A DNA stretch of 64,000 nt from Bacilli bacterium (GCA_045119035.1 JBGVCU010000036.1:9060-73059); one strand, 5' to 3'; shown: positions 1 through 10,560, numbered from the stretch's first letter. Numbers and translations: made by a program. Notes: generated by a model not told the origin, from the letters alone.

Positions 1-1
1 G

Positions 2-1087
2 TATTCATTTAAAGATAAAGGTGAAACAAATATCACATTAAGACCTGAAGGAACTGCAGCAGTTACAAGAAGTTATGTTGAAAACAAAATGTATGCAAAT
101 CCAGGTCTTGCTAAAATGTACTATTGTGGTCCGATGTTTAGACATGAAAGACCTCAAGCTGGACGTTTTAGACAATTTACTCAATTTGGTGTAGAAGTAT
201 TTGGTGATGAAAGTCCTTTACTTGATGCTGATACAATTAATATGTGCTATATGATGTTAAAAGAAATTGGTATTGAAAATTGCGAAGTTCATATCAATAC
301 AATTGGTGCAAAAGAAAGTAGAACTAGATATATTGAAGCGTTAAAAGAACATTTTGCTAAATACTTAGATACAATGTGTGCTGACTGTAAAGATCGTTAT
401 GAAAGAAATACATTACGTATTTTAGACTGTAAAGTAGATGCTAATAACGAAGCCTTATTAACAGCACCATCTATCCAAGAATATTTAAGTGAAGAAGATA
501 GAGCATATTTTAATAAAATCACTGAAACATTAGAATTATTAGATATTCCATATGTTGTAGATGATCATTTAGTTAGAGGACTTGATTATTATACAGGATG
601 CGTATTTGAGATTATTTTAAAAGATGAAACATCTAAATTAAATAATTTAGCGATTGCAGCTGGTGGTAGATATAATGGTTTATCTAAGGAACTTGGTGGT
701 CCTGTAACAAATGCAATTGGTTTTGCTTTTGGAGTTGATAGATTAGTTTTATTAGATAACTCTGTAACTGAATTAAATTTAGCTGATGTAGTAGTTATTA
801 CATTAGGTGAAGAAGTTAAAAATAACGGATTATCACTTGCAAATTATTTACGTAAAAATGGATTAAAAGTTGAAATTGATTATCGTAATCATAATTTAAA
901 ACCTCAATTTAAACTTGCAGATAGAGTAAATAGTCCATATATTATTATTATTGGACAAGATGAAGTTGATAATAATATTTTAAAAGTAAAAGATACAGTA
1001 AATAAAACAGAACAAACATTAAATATTAATGAAATTAATGAATTCTTTAATTTAAAAGGAGAAAGTAACTATGCGTACAAGAAATAA
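2..1087 (+). CDS. hisS: histidyl-tRNA synthetase, 5' end truncated by window edge
   Basis: Reading frame is open from base 2 (..TLRPEGTAAVTRSYVENKMYANPG..), upstream of the track Met at 89. Class II aaRS core and C-terminal anticodon-binding domain are present. Immediately followed by aspS as in the Bacillus hisS-aspS operon. Confidence 0.9.
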   Translation, partial: YSFKDKGETNITLRPEGTAAVTRSYVENKMYANPGLAKMYYCGPMFRHERPQAGRFRQFTQFGVEVFGDESPLLDADTINMCYMMLKEIGIENCEVHINTIGAKESRTRYIEALKEHFAKYLDTMCADCKDRYERNTLRILDCKVDANNEALLTAPSIQEYLSEEDRAYFNKITETLELLDIPYVVDDHLVRGLDYYTGCVFEIILKDETSKLNNLAIAAGGRYNGLSKELGGPVTNAIGFAFGVDRLVLLDNSVTELNLADVVVITLGEEVKNNGLSLANYLRKNGLKVEIDYRNHNLKPQFKLADRVNSPYIIIIGQDEVDNNILKVKDTVNKTEQTLNINEINEFFNLKGESNYAYKK

Positions 1088-2810
1088 TGGAGAATTAAGA
1101 TTATCACATGTTGGTGAAACTGTCACTTTAGTTGGTTGGGTAAGTAAAAAACGTAACTTAGGTGGATTAATTTTTATTGACTTACGTGATAGATATGGTA
1201 TTACACAAGTTGTAGTTGAACCAAATAATAGTTGTTATGAACTTGCTGAAAGTGCAAAAAATGAATATGTATTAAAAGTAACTGGTACAGTTGTTGAAAG
1301 AAGTAGTAAAAACTTAAATATTCCTACTGGTGAAATTGAAGTTGTTGCAAGTGATTTTGAAATCTTAAATACTGCGGAAAATCCTCCATTCTTAATTCAA
1401 GATAAAACTGATGCTTTAGAAGATACAAGAATGAAATATCGTTATTTAGATTTAAGAAGACCAGTTTTACAACAAAACTTAATTACAAGACATAAAATTT
1501 GTATGGCTCTTCGTAATTTCTTAGATAAACGTGATTTCGTAGAAATTGAAACTCCTATGTTAGGTAAATCTACTCCAGAAGGTGCTCGTGACTTCTTAGT
1601 TCCATCAAGAGTTTATAATGGACAATTTTATGCATTACCTCAATCACCACAATTATACAAACAATTATTAATGGTTGCTGGTTTTGAAAAATATTTCCAA
1701 ATTGCAAGATGTTTCAGAGATGAAGATTTAAGAGCAGATCGTCAATTAGAATTTACTCAATTAGACGTTGAAATGAGCTTTATTGATGAAGAAGACATCT
1801 ATGCTTTAGGTGAAAGCATGTTAAAAAATTTATGGAAAGAAGTATTAAACATTGATATTCCTACTCCATTTATTAGAATGAATTATGATGATGCAATGAA
1901 TAATTATGGTTCTGATAAACCTGATACACGCTTTGAAATGTTATTACAAGATATTACAGAAACTGTTAAACCAATGGATTTTGTTGTTTTCCAAAATGCA
2001 ATTAACAATGGTGGAAATATTAAATGTATCGTTGTAAAAGATGCTGCAAACAAATATTCAAGAAAAGAAATTGATCGCTTAACACTTGTTGCTAAAAAAT
2101 ATCATGCATCTGGTCTTGCTTGGCTTAAATATGAAAATAGTCAATTCTCTGGAAGCATTAATAAATTCTTAACAGAAGAATTAAGTGCATCATTAATTAA
2201 TAGATTAAATGTTGAAAATAATGATTTAATTTTAATTGTTGCAGATAAATTAGAAGTATGTAATTTTGCACTTGGTGCGCTTCGTTTAACTGTAGCTAAA
2301 GAATTAAATTTAATTGATGAAACTAAATTTAATTTCTTATGGGTTGTTAACTGGCCTTTATTCGAATATTCTGAAGAAGAAGGACGTTATATGGCAGCTC
2401 ACCATCCATTTACTTCACCAAAAGCTGGACATGAAGATTTATTATTTACAAATCCAGGAGCATGTCGTGCAAAAGCATATGACGTTGTATTAAATGGATA
2501 TGAACTTGGTGGAGGTTCTATTAGAATTCATAACCAAGAAACTCAAGCAAAAATGTTTAAAGCAATTGGATTTAGTGAAGAAGACATTAAATTACAATTT
2601 TCATTCTTTGTGGATGCATTAAAATATGGTACTCCACCTCACGGAGGATTCGCTTTAGGACTTGATAGACTTGCAATGATTATGACTTATAATAATACTC
2701 TTCGTGAAGTTATTGCTTTCCCTAAAGCTGCTTCATCAAAATGTCCAATGAGTGAAGCACCTACTCCTGTTGCTCAAAAACAATTAGATGAATTAGGACT
2801 TAAACTTTAA
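1071..2810 (+). CDS. aspS: aspartyl-tRNA synthetase
   Basis: 579 aa with an N-terminal OB fold and class II motifs (FRDEDLRADRQ, GGGSIRIH, GLDRL). RBS AAAGGAGAAAG upstream. Overlaps the hisS stop. Confidence 0.95.
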   Translation: MRTRNNGELRLSHVGETVTLVGWVSKKRNLGGLIFIDLRDRYGITQVVVEPNNSCYELAESAKNEYVLKVTGTVVERSSKNLNIPTGEIEVVASDFEILNTAENPPFLIQDKTDALEDTRMKYRYLDLRRPVLQQNLITRHKICMALRNFLDKRDFVEIETPMLGKSTPEGARDFLVPSRVYNGQFYALPQSPQLYKQLLMVAGFEKYFQIARCFRDEDLRADRQLEFTQLDVEMSFIDEEDIYALGESMLKNLWKEVLNIDIPTPFIRMNYDDAMNNYGSDKPDTRFEMLLQDITETVKPMDFVVFQNAINNGGNIKCIVVKDAANKYSRKEIDRLTLVAKKYHASGLAWLKYENSQFSGSINKFLTEELSASLINRLNVENNDLILIVADKLEVCNFALGALRLTVAKELNLIDETKFNFLWVVNWPLFEYSEEEGRYMAAHHPFTSPKAGHEDLLFTNPGACRAKAYDVVLNGYELGGGSIRIHNQETQAKMFKAIGFSEEDIKLQFSFFVDALKYGTPPHGGFALGLDRLAMIMTYNNTLREVIAFPKAASSKCPMSEAPTPVAQKQLDELGLKL

Positions 2811-3025
2811 TGATAAAGATTCTTATTTTAATAATTGTTATTTTAGTATTTGTTGGAAGTACTTATCTTAATTCAAAGGTGAAAGTGCCAGAAGGATTAG
2901 AACTACCTGATAAATGTCAAGGTTGTAATTTACAATGTGATAAAAAGGAAAGTCCTTTAACTGAGGAAATTATTGAACAAATTAAAGCTGATATTAGATG
3001 TCAGGAGGAAAATAATGAAGGATAA
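2810..3025 (+). CDS. small N-terminally membrane-anchored Cys-rich protein (CQGCNLQCD..C), FeoB-associated Cys-rich membrane protein-like
   Basis: 71 aa. Hydrophobic N-terminus (ILILIIVILVFVG) and a C-terminal CxxCxxxC..C cluster. ATG overlaps the aspS stop (TAATGA). Confidence 0.35.
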   Translation: MIKILILIIVILVFVGSTYLNSKVKVPEGLELPDKCQGCNLQCDKKESPLTEEIIEQIKADIRCQEENNEG

Positions 3026-3491
3026 GAATTATATTGTTTGGGATGAATATTTTATGGGTGTTGCAATTCTTTCTAGTAAAAGAAGTAAAGACCCTAGTAC
3101 AAAAGTTGGAGCATGTATTGTAAATGAGGATAAAAAAATTGTCGGAATCGGGTATAATGGATTTCCTCATGGATGTAGCGATGATGAGTTTCCGTGGGAT
3201 AGAGAAGGAGATTACTTAGATTGTAAATATCCTTATGTAGTTCATGCAGAGCCTAATGCTATACTTAACTCTACTGTTTCTTTAAAAAATGCAACAATTT
3301 ATGTTACACTTTTCCCATGTAATGAATGTGCAAAACTTATCATTCAAAGTGGAATTAGAGAAATTGTTTATATGGGTGATAAATATTCAGGAACACCTAC
3401 TGATGTAGCTAGTAAAAGAATGTTAGAAGCTGCTGGAGTTAAAACAAGAAAACTTGAATCATTTGATTTGGAGATTGTTAAATGCAAATAA
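3015..3491 (+). CDS. comEB: dCMP (deoxycytidylate) deaminase
   Basis: HAEPNAI...PCNECAKLI zinc-binding cytidine/dCMP deaminase motifs. A GGAGGA RBS 6 nt before the ATG at 3015 makes this start more likely than the track's 2973. Confidence 0.85.
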   Translation: MKDKNYIVWDEYFMGVAILSSKRSKDPSTKVGACIVNEDKKIVGIGYNGFPHGCSDDEFPWDREGDYLDCKYPYVVHAEPNAILNSTVSLKNATIYVTLFPCNECAKLIIQSGIREIVYMGDKYSGTPTDVASKRMLEAAGVKTRKLESFDLEIVKCK

Positions 3492-4822
3492 TTAAAAAGC
3501 ATAAACTTTTAGTAGGTATCTATTTAAGTTTTACTTTATTAATCGTATTACTAAGTGTAATTCACTTGCCATATGATGTGACTTCTCCTGCTTATATTAA
3601 TGAAGTAGAAAGTGTAATTGAAATTGATGGTGAAAGTGATTATAGTGGTAGTTTTAATACTGTAAGTGTTTATTCTTATGAAAGAGTATCTATATTACAG
3701 TATATTCTTGCTCTATGTGATAGAAAATCAACGATTTCAAAAACATACAAACAACTTAATTTATCAAATGTTGAACAAAGAGCCTCTGGTACAATTCAAA
3801 AAAATGTTAGTATAACTAATTCGCTTATAATTGGTTATGAAACAGCAAAAAAATATGGTGTAGATTGTAATATTAAATATCATTTAGAAGGTTATATTAT
3901 TGATCGTGTATATAATTATTTATCAAAAGATACTTTGGAAATAGGTGATATAATTACTTCAATTAATGGTATTTCATTAAAAGAAAATACATTACAATCT
4001 GTTACTGATAAAATTGGTTCTACAGATAGTTATGATTTAGTAGTTAATAGAAATAATAAAGAAGTTAGCTTTACTATTACTAAAAATGAATATATCAATT
4101 ATTATGGTGAAACTGCATATGGATTTGGTTTTTCAGGCTATGATTATTTTGTAATAGAAGAAGCTTTACCATCTTATACAATAAATAAAGCACATACATA
4201 TGGGCCAAGTGGTGGTTTACTTCAAGCATTACAAATATTTAATGCATTATATAAACAATTTGATTTAACGAATAATTTAAAAATTGTTGGAACTGGAACA
4301 ATTGATCACTTAGGTAAGGTTGGAGAAATCGGTGGAATTTATCAAAAAGTATTATGTGCAGATGTTTATAATGCTGATATTTTCTTAGCTCCTGTTATTC
4401 GTAGACAAGGTTATGATTATTCATATATTGGTGTTTCAAGTAACGATACTTGGATGATTCATAATTATGATACAAATATTAAAGTATCAAATGATAATAT
4501 TCCTTATATATTAAATGGTATTTGGTTTATTGACGATTTTGATACAAGATACATGGCTTATGGAAGTATTGTTAATTTTTATGATGAAACAACGCTTCTA
4601 GATGAAACTAATTTTCAAGAAGGTTATCGTGCATATAAAACATTAAATAATACAAAATTAGCTTATATTCCTGTAGGAACGCTTGATGAAGCAATAAATT
4701 ATCTATTTACTATTCAAAATAAAATAGATGTTTTAGAAGATACTCAAAATGCTTATAAGTTATATTTAAATAATAATGAATTCCTTTCTTTTGATGATTG
4801 GGTAGAAAGCGTGAAAAGATGA
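3482..4822 (+). CDS. YlbL/SepM-family membrane-anchored PDZ + Lon-like (S16) serine protease with C-terminal extension
   Basis: N-terminal TM helix. PDZ-like segment (IGDIITSINGISLKE...). Lon C-terminal-like segment with GPSGGL and GTGTIDHLGKVGEIGGIYQK. About 100 aa longer than B. subtilis YlbL. Confidence 0.6.
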   Translation: MQIIKKHKLLVGIYLSFTLLIVLLSVIHLPYDVTSPAYINEVESVIEIDGESDYSGSFNTVSVYSYERVSILQYILALCDRKSTISKTYKQLNLSNVEQRASGTIQKNVSITNSLIIGYETAKKYGVDCNIKYHLEGYIIDRVYNYLSKDTLEIGDIITSINGISLKENTLQSVTDKIGSTDSYDLVVNRNNKEVSFTITKNEYINYYGETAYGFGFSGYDYFVIEEALPSYTINKAHTYGPSGGLLQALQIFNALYKQFDLTNNLKIVGTGTIDHLGKVGEIGGIYQKVLCADVYNADIFLAPVIRRQGYDYSYIGVSSNDTWMIHNYDTNIKVSNDNIPYILNGIWFIDDFDTRYMAYGSIVNFYDETTLLDETNFQEGYRAYKTLNNTKLAYIPVGTLDEAINYLFTIQNKIDVLEDTQNAYKLYLNNNEFLSFDDWVESVKR

Positions 4823-5235
4823 AAATAAAAGATTTATATTTGTCTGGAAAAGCTCAAAATAAAAAACTATATGAACTTCATATAGATAATGCTATCGAAA
4901 AAAGAATAGATCGATATAGTTTATTATTTCATTTTGTTACTTTTCTTCCATTTATTATTATTTTTATTAATTTGTTTAAATTTATTTCAACAGCAAGACC
5001 AATTTTTACAATTTTAGTTTTTATTGCTGGGATTATTGCTAGTGTATTATTGGTTTTTAATTCATATTTAAATATATTGCTTTACAAAGAATTTACTAAA
5101 GAAGAAGACGAAAGTGTTGTTAAATTCTTTAGTGAATTTGATAAGGTAAGCTTTTTAACTAATTCATTTATGAATATTTTTGTTATTGTAAATGTGTTTG
5201 TTATTATTCTTAATATTATAATTAAATTTATTTAA
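4819..5235 (+). CDS. hypothetical small membrane protein (2-3 TM helices)
   Basis: ORF with very hydrophobic segments. ATG overlaps the preceding stop (ATGA). No recognisable motif. Confidence 0.4.
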   Translation: MKIKDLYLSGKAQNKKLYELHIDNAIEKRIDRYSLLFHFVTFLPFIIIFINLFKFISTARPIFTILVFIAGIIASVLLVFNSYLNILLYKEFTKEEDESVVKFFSEFDKVSFLTNSFMNIFVIVNVFVIILNIIIKFI

Positions 5236-5248
5236 GGAGGAAATTTCG

Positions 5249-5764
5249 ATGATTATTGGCTATTTAATTGTTATTGCTCTTGTTATTATAGATCAAATTT
5301 CAAAAATTATTGTTGTAAATAATATGGAATTATTTCAACAAGTAATCTTTATTAAACCACTTCTAAATTTCCGCTTTACTTATAATGAAGGTGCTGCTTG
5401 GAGTATTTTAAGTGATCATCGTTGGATTCTAGCAATCGTAAGTGTTGTTGCAAGTGGTGCGCTACTTTATTTAATGAAAGATTTTAATCTTAAAAAAGAT
5501 AAAATTTACAGTATTTCCATGGCTCTTATTACAGGTGGTGCTATTGGGAATGGAATTGATCGAATTTTTAGAGAAAAAGGTGTAGTAGATTTCTTTGAAT
5601 TTGGCTTTATGGATTTTCCAATTTTTAATGTTGCGGATACATTTTTAACAATTGGTGTATTTATGTTAGCTATCTATGTATTATTTATTTCAAAAGATGG
5701 TTTGCTACCTTTTATGAGTAAAAAAGAAGATAAAAAAAGTGAGGAAGAAAATGGATTATCGTAA
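5249..5764 (+). CDS. lspA: lipoprotein signal peptidase II
   Basis: Conserved NEGAAWSIL and FNVADTFLTIG motifs. AGGAGG RBS. lspA-rluD adjacency as in Bacillus. Confidence 0.9.
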   Translation: MIIGYLIVIALVIIDQISKIIVVNNMELFQQVIFIKPLLNFRFTYNEGAAWSILSDHRWILAIVSVVASGALLYLMKDFNLKKDKIYSISMALITGGAIGNGIDRIFREKGVVDFFEFGFMDFPIFNVADTFLTIGVFMLAIYVLFISKDGLLPFMSKKEDKKSEEENGLS

Positions 5765-6668
5765 GTTTATAGTATCAGATATTTATGAAAATGAAAGAAT
5801 CGATAAGTATTTAACAAAAGTAATCCAAGATTCTGACGAAGAAATTACAAGAAGTGAAATTAAAAAATATTTTGATGAAGATTGTATTACTGTAAATGAA
5901 AAAGTTGTAAAACCTTCATATAAATTAAAAACAAACGATGAAATCATTATGACAAATCGTGAAATTGTAACAGAAGATATAAATAAAGAAAATATTCCAT
6001 TAGAAATTGTGTATGAAGATAGTGATTTATTAGTAATTAATAAACCTAGTGGTATGGTAGTACATCCTAGCTTAGGACACACTTCAGGAACTCTTGTTAA
6101 TGCTTTAATGTATCATGTAGAAAGTTTATCTGATATCAATGGATTATATCGACCTGGTATTGTACATAGAATTGATAAAGATACATCTGGATTACTAATT
6201 GTTTGTAAAAATAATAAATCACATAATGAAATAGCAAAACAACTTAAAGATAAAACATCAAAAAGAGAATATTATGCTATTGTATATGGTACATTTGAAC
6301 ATTTAAAAGGACGAATTGAAGCTCCTATTGGAAGAGATCCTAAAGAACGTCAAAGACAAGCCGTAGTTGAAAATGGTAAAGATGCTGTTACACATTTTAC
6401 AGTATTAGAATCTTTTGATGGTTTTTCTCTTATTAGTTGTCGTTTAGAAACTGGTAGAACTCACCAAATTCGTGTTCATTTAGCATATATTGGTCATCCA
6501 GTTGTTGGTGATCCACTATATGGACCTAAAAAAGTAATTGGAAAAAATGGACAATATTTACATGCTAAAACAATTGGATTTACTCATCCGACAACAAATG
6601 AATATATGGAATTTGATAGTGAATTACCAAGTGATTTTAAAGAAAAATTAGAAGAATTAAAAAAATAG
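5751..6668 (+). CDS. rluD: RluA-family 23S rRNA pseudouridine synthase (RluD-like)
   Basis: S4 domain N-terminus. Catalytic HRIDKDTSGLL motif. GAGGAAG RBS before the ATG at 5751; the track start at 5739 is also possible. Confidence 0.85.
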   Translation: MDYRKFIVSDIYENERIDKYLTKVIQDSDEEITRSEIKKYFDEDCITVNEKVVKPSYKLKTNDEIIMTNREIVTEDINKENIPLEIVYEDSDLLVINKPSGMVVHPSLGHTSGTLVNALMYHVESLSDINGLYRPGIVHRIDKDTSGLLIVCKNNKSHNEIAKQLKDKTSKREYYAIVYGTFEHLKGRIEAPIGRDPKERQRQAVVENGKDAVTHFTVLESFDGFSLISCRLETGRTHQIRVHLAYIGHPVVGDPLYGPKKVIGKNGQYLHAKTIGFTHPTTNEYMEFDSELPSDFKEKLEELKK

Positions 6669-6691
6669 GACTTTTTTAAGTCCTATTTTTA
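6666..6691. terminator. bidirectional rho-independent terminator between rluD and convergent rnhC
   Basis: Inverted repeat TAGGAC-tttttt-AAGTCCTA, flanked by an A-run on the left and a T-run on the right. Confidence 0.7.
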
Positions 6692-7678
6692 TTGTTCTAA
6701 ACGCATTTTTAAATTATTATCAACAAAATATTTTTTAATTCTTTCAGTATTAGCGTATTTTAATTTAGCAACTTTTGAAAGATTATTATATCCATAAGAT
6801 TTTACAAAAGAAACTCCTAAGCGATCTACTTCGCGACCTGCGCCTTTTAAGAATTCGATTCCATATTCTTTTGAATAGTTTTTAAGTTCTTTTAAAAATG
6901 CTACTCTGGCTAAAATAGAAGCAGCTGCAACTGCATAATGCGCATTTTCTCCTTTTTCAATTAATGTTACATCATGATTAACTACTTTGGCATTTTGTAA
7001 ATATTCAAAGTATTTTTCTCTTGTTGTAAATGCATCAACTAAAATGGCTTGCGGCTTGCAATTTTCGTGTTTTTTTAGTATACTATTTATACAATTATTA
7101 TGTAAAACAGCTTTTACATAATTTAGGTTATCTTCAGTGTTTTTTAAAGTATTGAATTTTTCAGGTGAAAGAGTTAAAATTACATAAGGTATTATTTTAG
7201 CAATTTCAAGACCAAGTGGTATCATTTGTTTGTCTGTTAAAAGTTTAGAATCTTTTACACCAAGATGACGAAGACGTTCGATGTTTTCTTTAGATACATA
7301 AGTTGCGCAAACTACGATTGGTCCAAAGTAATCCCCAGTACCTACTTCATCGCTTCCTACACAAGATAGATCGAAGTATTTATGTTTAATTTCATCCTCA
7401 TGTAAGATTACTTCATCTAAACCATATTTATTTGCCCAAAAGTTGTATTCACTTGATGCATCTTTTCCTTGAAATAAAACACTATTTGTACGATAAAAAG
7501 TTATGGTTACATTTGCAAGTTTTGCTCTTGCAATTGCATACGGATTTGTATTATATGTTGTGTAACCTTGGTAATATTCTAACATTTCATTAATTTGTTC
7601 GTTAGATATTTTAATAGTTAAACTATTGTTAAGTTGATTATTTTCCATCGGTAACCTCCTAACAAAAAAATTCCTCAA
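6689..7678 (-). CDS. rnhC: ribonuclease HIII
   Basis: 329 aa with an N-terminal extension plus an RNase HII/HIII catalytic core (DEVGTGDYFGP). The length fits HIII rather than HII. Confidence 0.8.
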   Translation of the reverse strand: MRNFFVRRLPMENNQLNNSLTIKISNEQINEMLEYYQGYTTYNTNPYAIARAKLANVTITFYRTNSVLFQGKDASSEYNFWANKYGLDEVILHEDEIKHKYFDLSCVGSDEVGTGDYFGPIVVCATYVSKENIERLRHLGVKDSKLLTDKQMIPLGLEIAKIIPYVILTLSPEKFNTLKNTEDNLNYVKAVLHNNCINSILKKHENCKPQAILVDAFTTREKYFEYLQNAKVVNHDVTLIEKGENAHYAVAAASILARVAFLKELKNYSKEYGIEFLKGAGREVDRLGVSFVKSYGYNNLSKVAKLKYANTERIKKYFVDNNLKMRLEQ

Positions 7679-7766
7679 TATATTATACCATATAAAATAT
7701 TTTTGTGCAATAAATGTTAAAAAATAATTTGAATTTCCTTAAAAATTGGAATAGAAAGAGTATTTT

Positions 7767-10121
7767 ATGAATGAATTTAATAAGCATTATATCAAATTAG
7801 AGATTCCAATTATATTGGAAAAACTAAAAAACTTAGCTGTTACTCCAAAAGTTAAAGAAGAAATTGATAATTTAGTTCCTAGTAGTGATGTTGAATATCT
7901 TGAAATGGAGCTTAATGATGTAAATGAAGTTTTAACTATTCTATATAAGTTTGATAAGTTATTTATTGATATTGATTTAGATTTTGATGAAGTAATTTAT
8001 CGAGCAAGTATTGGTGGAATTCTTTCTCCTATTGAGATTTATTCAGTTGTTAAACTTTCATCTACTATTGAAAGTGCATTAAAGTTATTGGGATTTGTTC
8101 AAAAAGAAAAATTAACATTAAGAAACTTTGAAATGTTAGTTGAGTCATTTAAAGATATTTCTTATTTAGTAAAATCAATTAAAAATACAATTGACTATGA
8201 TGGACAAATTTTTGATATTGCAAGTCCTACTCTAAAATCTATTAGAACTAAACTTAGAGGAATGGATGCTAAAATTAAAAGTAAACTGAATGAATTGAAA
8301 AATAGTTTATCTTCTAAATTATCAGAACAACTTGTTGTTGTAAGAGATAATAGATACTGTTTACCTGTTAAAGCTGAATATAAAAATAGCGTAAAAGGTA
8401 TTACACATGATACATCAGCTAGTTTACAAACATTTTATATTGAACCGTTTGCAGTTGTTGAATTAAGTCTAGAAAAAGAAAAACTAATTAATGAAGAAAA
8501 AGAAGAAGAAAATCGTATTTTAAGATCTTTATCAAAAGAAATTGGATATTCGTTTGAAGATTTAAATCATAATTTTGAAATTATTAAAAGATTAGATATG
8601 CTGTTTGCTAAAGCTTCTTTAGCAAAACAAATGGAAGCTATTAAGCCAATTTTAACAAAAGAACATAAATTAAATTTAATTCAGGCAAGACATCCATTGC
8701 TTAATGTAAAAAAAGTTATTCCTAATGATATTAGTTTTGGTAATAATTATCAAGGAATCATTATTACAGGTCCTAATACTGGTGGTAAAACAGTTCTACT
8801 AAAAACTGTTGGATTACTTTCTTTAATGACTAAGTATGGTTTACTTATTCCATGTAATGAAGGTTCAACAATGAAAGTATATGATGATGTATTTTGTGAT
8901 ATTGGTGATGATCAAAGTATTCAATCAAATTTATCAACATTTTCATCACATTTATCAAGAATTATCGAAATATTAAATAAAATTACTAGTGAATCTTTAG
9001 TTTTATTTGATGAAATAGGTAGCGGTACAGATCCTTTAGAAGGTTCAAGTTTAGCAATTGCGATATTAAAATATTTACTAGATCATAATATTAGTTTTAT
9101 TACAACTACTCATTATTCTAAACTTAAGATATTTGGATTTAATGAACCACGTGTAATAAATGCTTCAATGGAATTTAACGATAAATCTTTAACACCTACA
9201 TATCGTTTACTACTTGGTGTAAGTGGCTCTAGTAATGCGTTTAATATTGCAAGAATGCTAGGGTTAAATGCAGATGTTTTAAAAGAAGCTGAAGCTTTAC
9301 TTGATGAATCAAATGATGAATCAAGAAATATGGTTAATAAAATTGAACAAACAAATCAATTACTTCAAGAAAAAGAAAGAATGCTTGCTGATAAAATTAA
9401 AGAAAATGATTTATTAAAAGAAGAATTAAATAAAGAGTTAAATAGAGTTAAATCTTCAAAAGATAAATTATTAAAAGATGCTTATGATAAAGCTAATAGT
9501 ATTATTGAAAAAGCAAGATTTGATTCGAAACAATTAATTGATGAAATTGAAATTTTAAAAGAAAAAAATCCTAAACTTCATGAAGTAGCTGAAGTAAAAC
9601 ATAAAGTAAATACTTTAGATGTACATAAAAAAGAAGTAAAAGGTGATAAAAATCATATTTATCATTTAGGTGATGATTGCTATGTTCCTAAATATGAACA
9701 ATACGGAACAGTAGAAAGAATAAATGGTAATAAAATTACTGTTGCATTAGGTAATATGCGAATGGAATTTAAGAAAGAAGAATTGCTTTATATAAATCCT
9801 AATGAAGTTAAAAAAATGTATAATGTACAAACAAAAGTAAAAAATACAAATAACAGTATTAAAAAGTCTGAAAAAAATGTAAAAATGACTCTTGATTTAA
9901 GAGGAATGCGCTATGAAGAAGCAAAAGATGAATTATTAAGTTATATTGATGATTTATTACTTACAGGTTTAAAATCTGCAAATATTATTCATGGTTTCGG
10001 AACTGGTGCAATCAGAAATTTAGTTAAAGATGTTGTTTCTAAAAATCCTAATATTGCCTCTAGTCGTTATGGTGGCGAAGGCGAAGGTGGACTTGGTGTT
10101 ACTGTAATTACATTAAAATAA
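7767..10121 (+). CDS. mutS2: endonuclease MutS2 (MutS domain + C-terminal Smr domain)
   Basis: Walker A GPNTGGKTV, a long coiled coil, and a C-terminal Smr (LDLRGMRYEEA...IIHGFGTG). Confidence 0.9.
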   Translation: MNEFNKHYIKLEIPIILEKLKNLAVTPKVKEEIDNLVPSSDVEYLEMELNDVNEVLTILYKFDKLFIDIDLDFDEVIYRASIGGILSPIEIYSVVKLSSTIESALKLLGFVQKEKLTLRNFEMLVESFKDISYLVKSIKNTIDYDGQIFDIASPTLKSIRTKLRGMDAKIKSKLNELKNSLSSKLSEQLVVVRDNRYCLPVKAEYKNSVKGITHDTSASLQTFYIEPFAVVELSLEKEKLINEEKEEENRILRSLSKEIGYSFEDLNHNFEIIKRLDMLFAKASLAKQMEAIKPILTKEHKLNLIQARHPLLNVKKVIPNDISFGNNYQGIIITGPNTGGKTVLLKTVGLLSLMTKYGLLIPCNEGSTMKVYDDVFCDIGDDQSIQSNLSTFSSHLSRIIEILNKITSESLVLFDEIGSGTDPLEGSSLAIAILKYLLDHNISFITTTHYSKLKIFGFNEPRVINASMEFNDKSLTPTYRLLLGVSGSSNAFNIARMLGLNADVLKEAEALLDESNDESRNMVNKIEQTNQLLQEKERMLADKIKENDLLKEELNKELNRVKSSKDKLLKDAYDKANSIIEKARFDSKQLIDEIEILKEKNPKLHEVAEVKHKVNTLDVHKKEVKGDKNHIYHLGDDCYVPKYEQYGTVERINGNKITVALGNMRMEFKKEELLYINPNEVKKMYNVQTKVKNTNNSIKKSEKNVKMTLDLRGMRYEEAKDELLSYIDDLLLTGLKSANIIHGFGTGAIRNLVKDVVSKNPNIASSRYGGEGEGGLGVTVITLK

Positions 10122-10135
10122 GAAAGAGGTAAAGT

Positions 10136-10435
10136 ATGTTATTAGAAAAAAATCATAATTTTAATGAAGAAATTCAAGGTGAATTAGTTGTTGTTGATTT
10201 TTTTGCAACTTGGTGTGGACCTTGTAAAATGATTTCTCCTATTTTAGAAAAATTTGCTAGTGAACATCCAGAAGTTAAAGTAATTAAAGTTGATGTTGAT
10301 GATTTTACAAATATTGCTAGAGAATATGGTGTATCAAGTATTCCAACATTAATTTTATTTAAAAATGGAGAATTAGTAGATCGTAAAGTAGGATTTATGG
10401 ATTATAATAATCTAGTAAAATGGATTATTAAATAA
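10136..10435 (+). CDS. trxA: thioredoxin
   Basis: WCGPCK active site, 99 aa. Confidence 0.92.
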   Translation: MLLEKNHNFNEEIQGELVVVDFFATWCGPCKMISPILEKFASEHPEVKVIKVDVDDFTNIAREYGVSSIPTLILFKNGELVDRKVGFMDYNNLVKWIIK

Positions 10436-10447
10436 AAAAATAATAAT

Positions 10448-10481
10448 AAACATCCAATTTTATAATTGGATGTTTTTTTTA
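10448..10481 (+). terminator. rho-independent terminator after trxA
   Basis: AAACATCCAATT-ttat-AATTGGATGTTT followed by a T8 run. Confidence 0.8.
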
Positions 10482-10560
10482 TTAAAAAAATTAAAAAATT
10501 TAAATAAAAATAAATACTTATTGTGTTTAATTAATAGATTATTTATATTTGGAGTGAAAT

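Noticed and set aside
5783-6082. 99-aa minus-strand ORF inside rluD
   Set aside because: Fully antisense to a well-supported pseudouridine synthase gene. Low-complexity Ser/Ile-rich translation typical of AT-rich antisense frames. No RBS.
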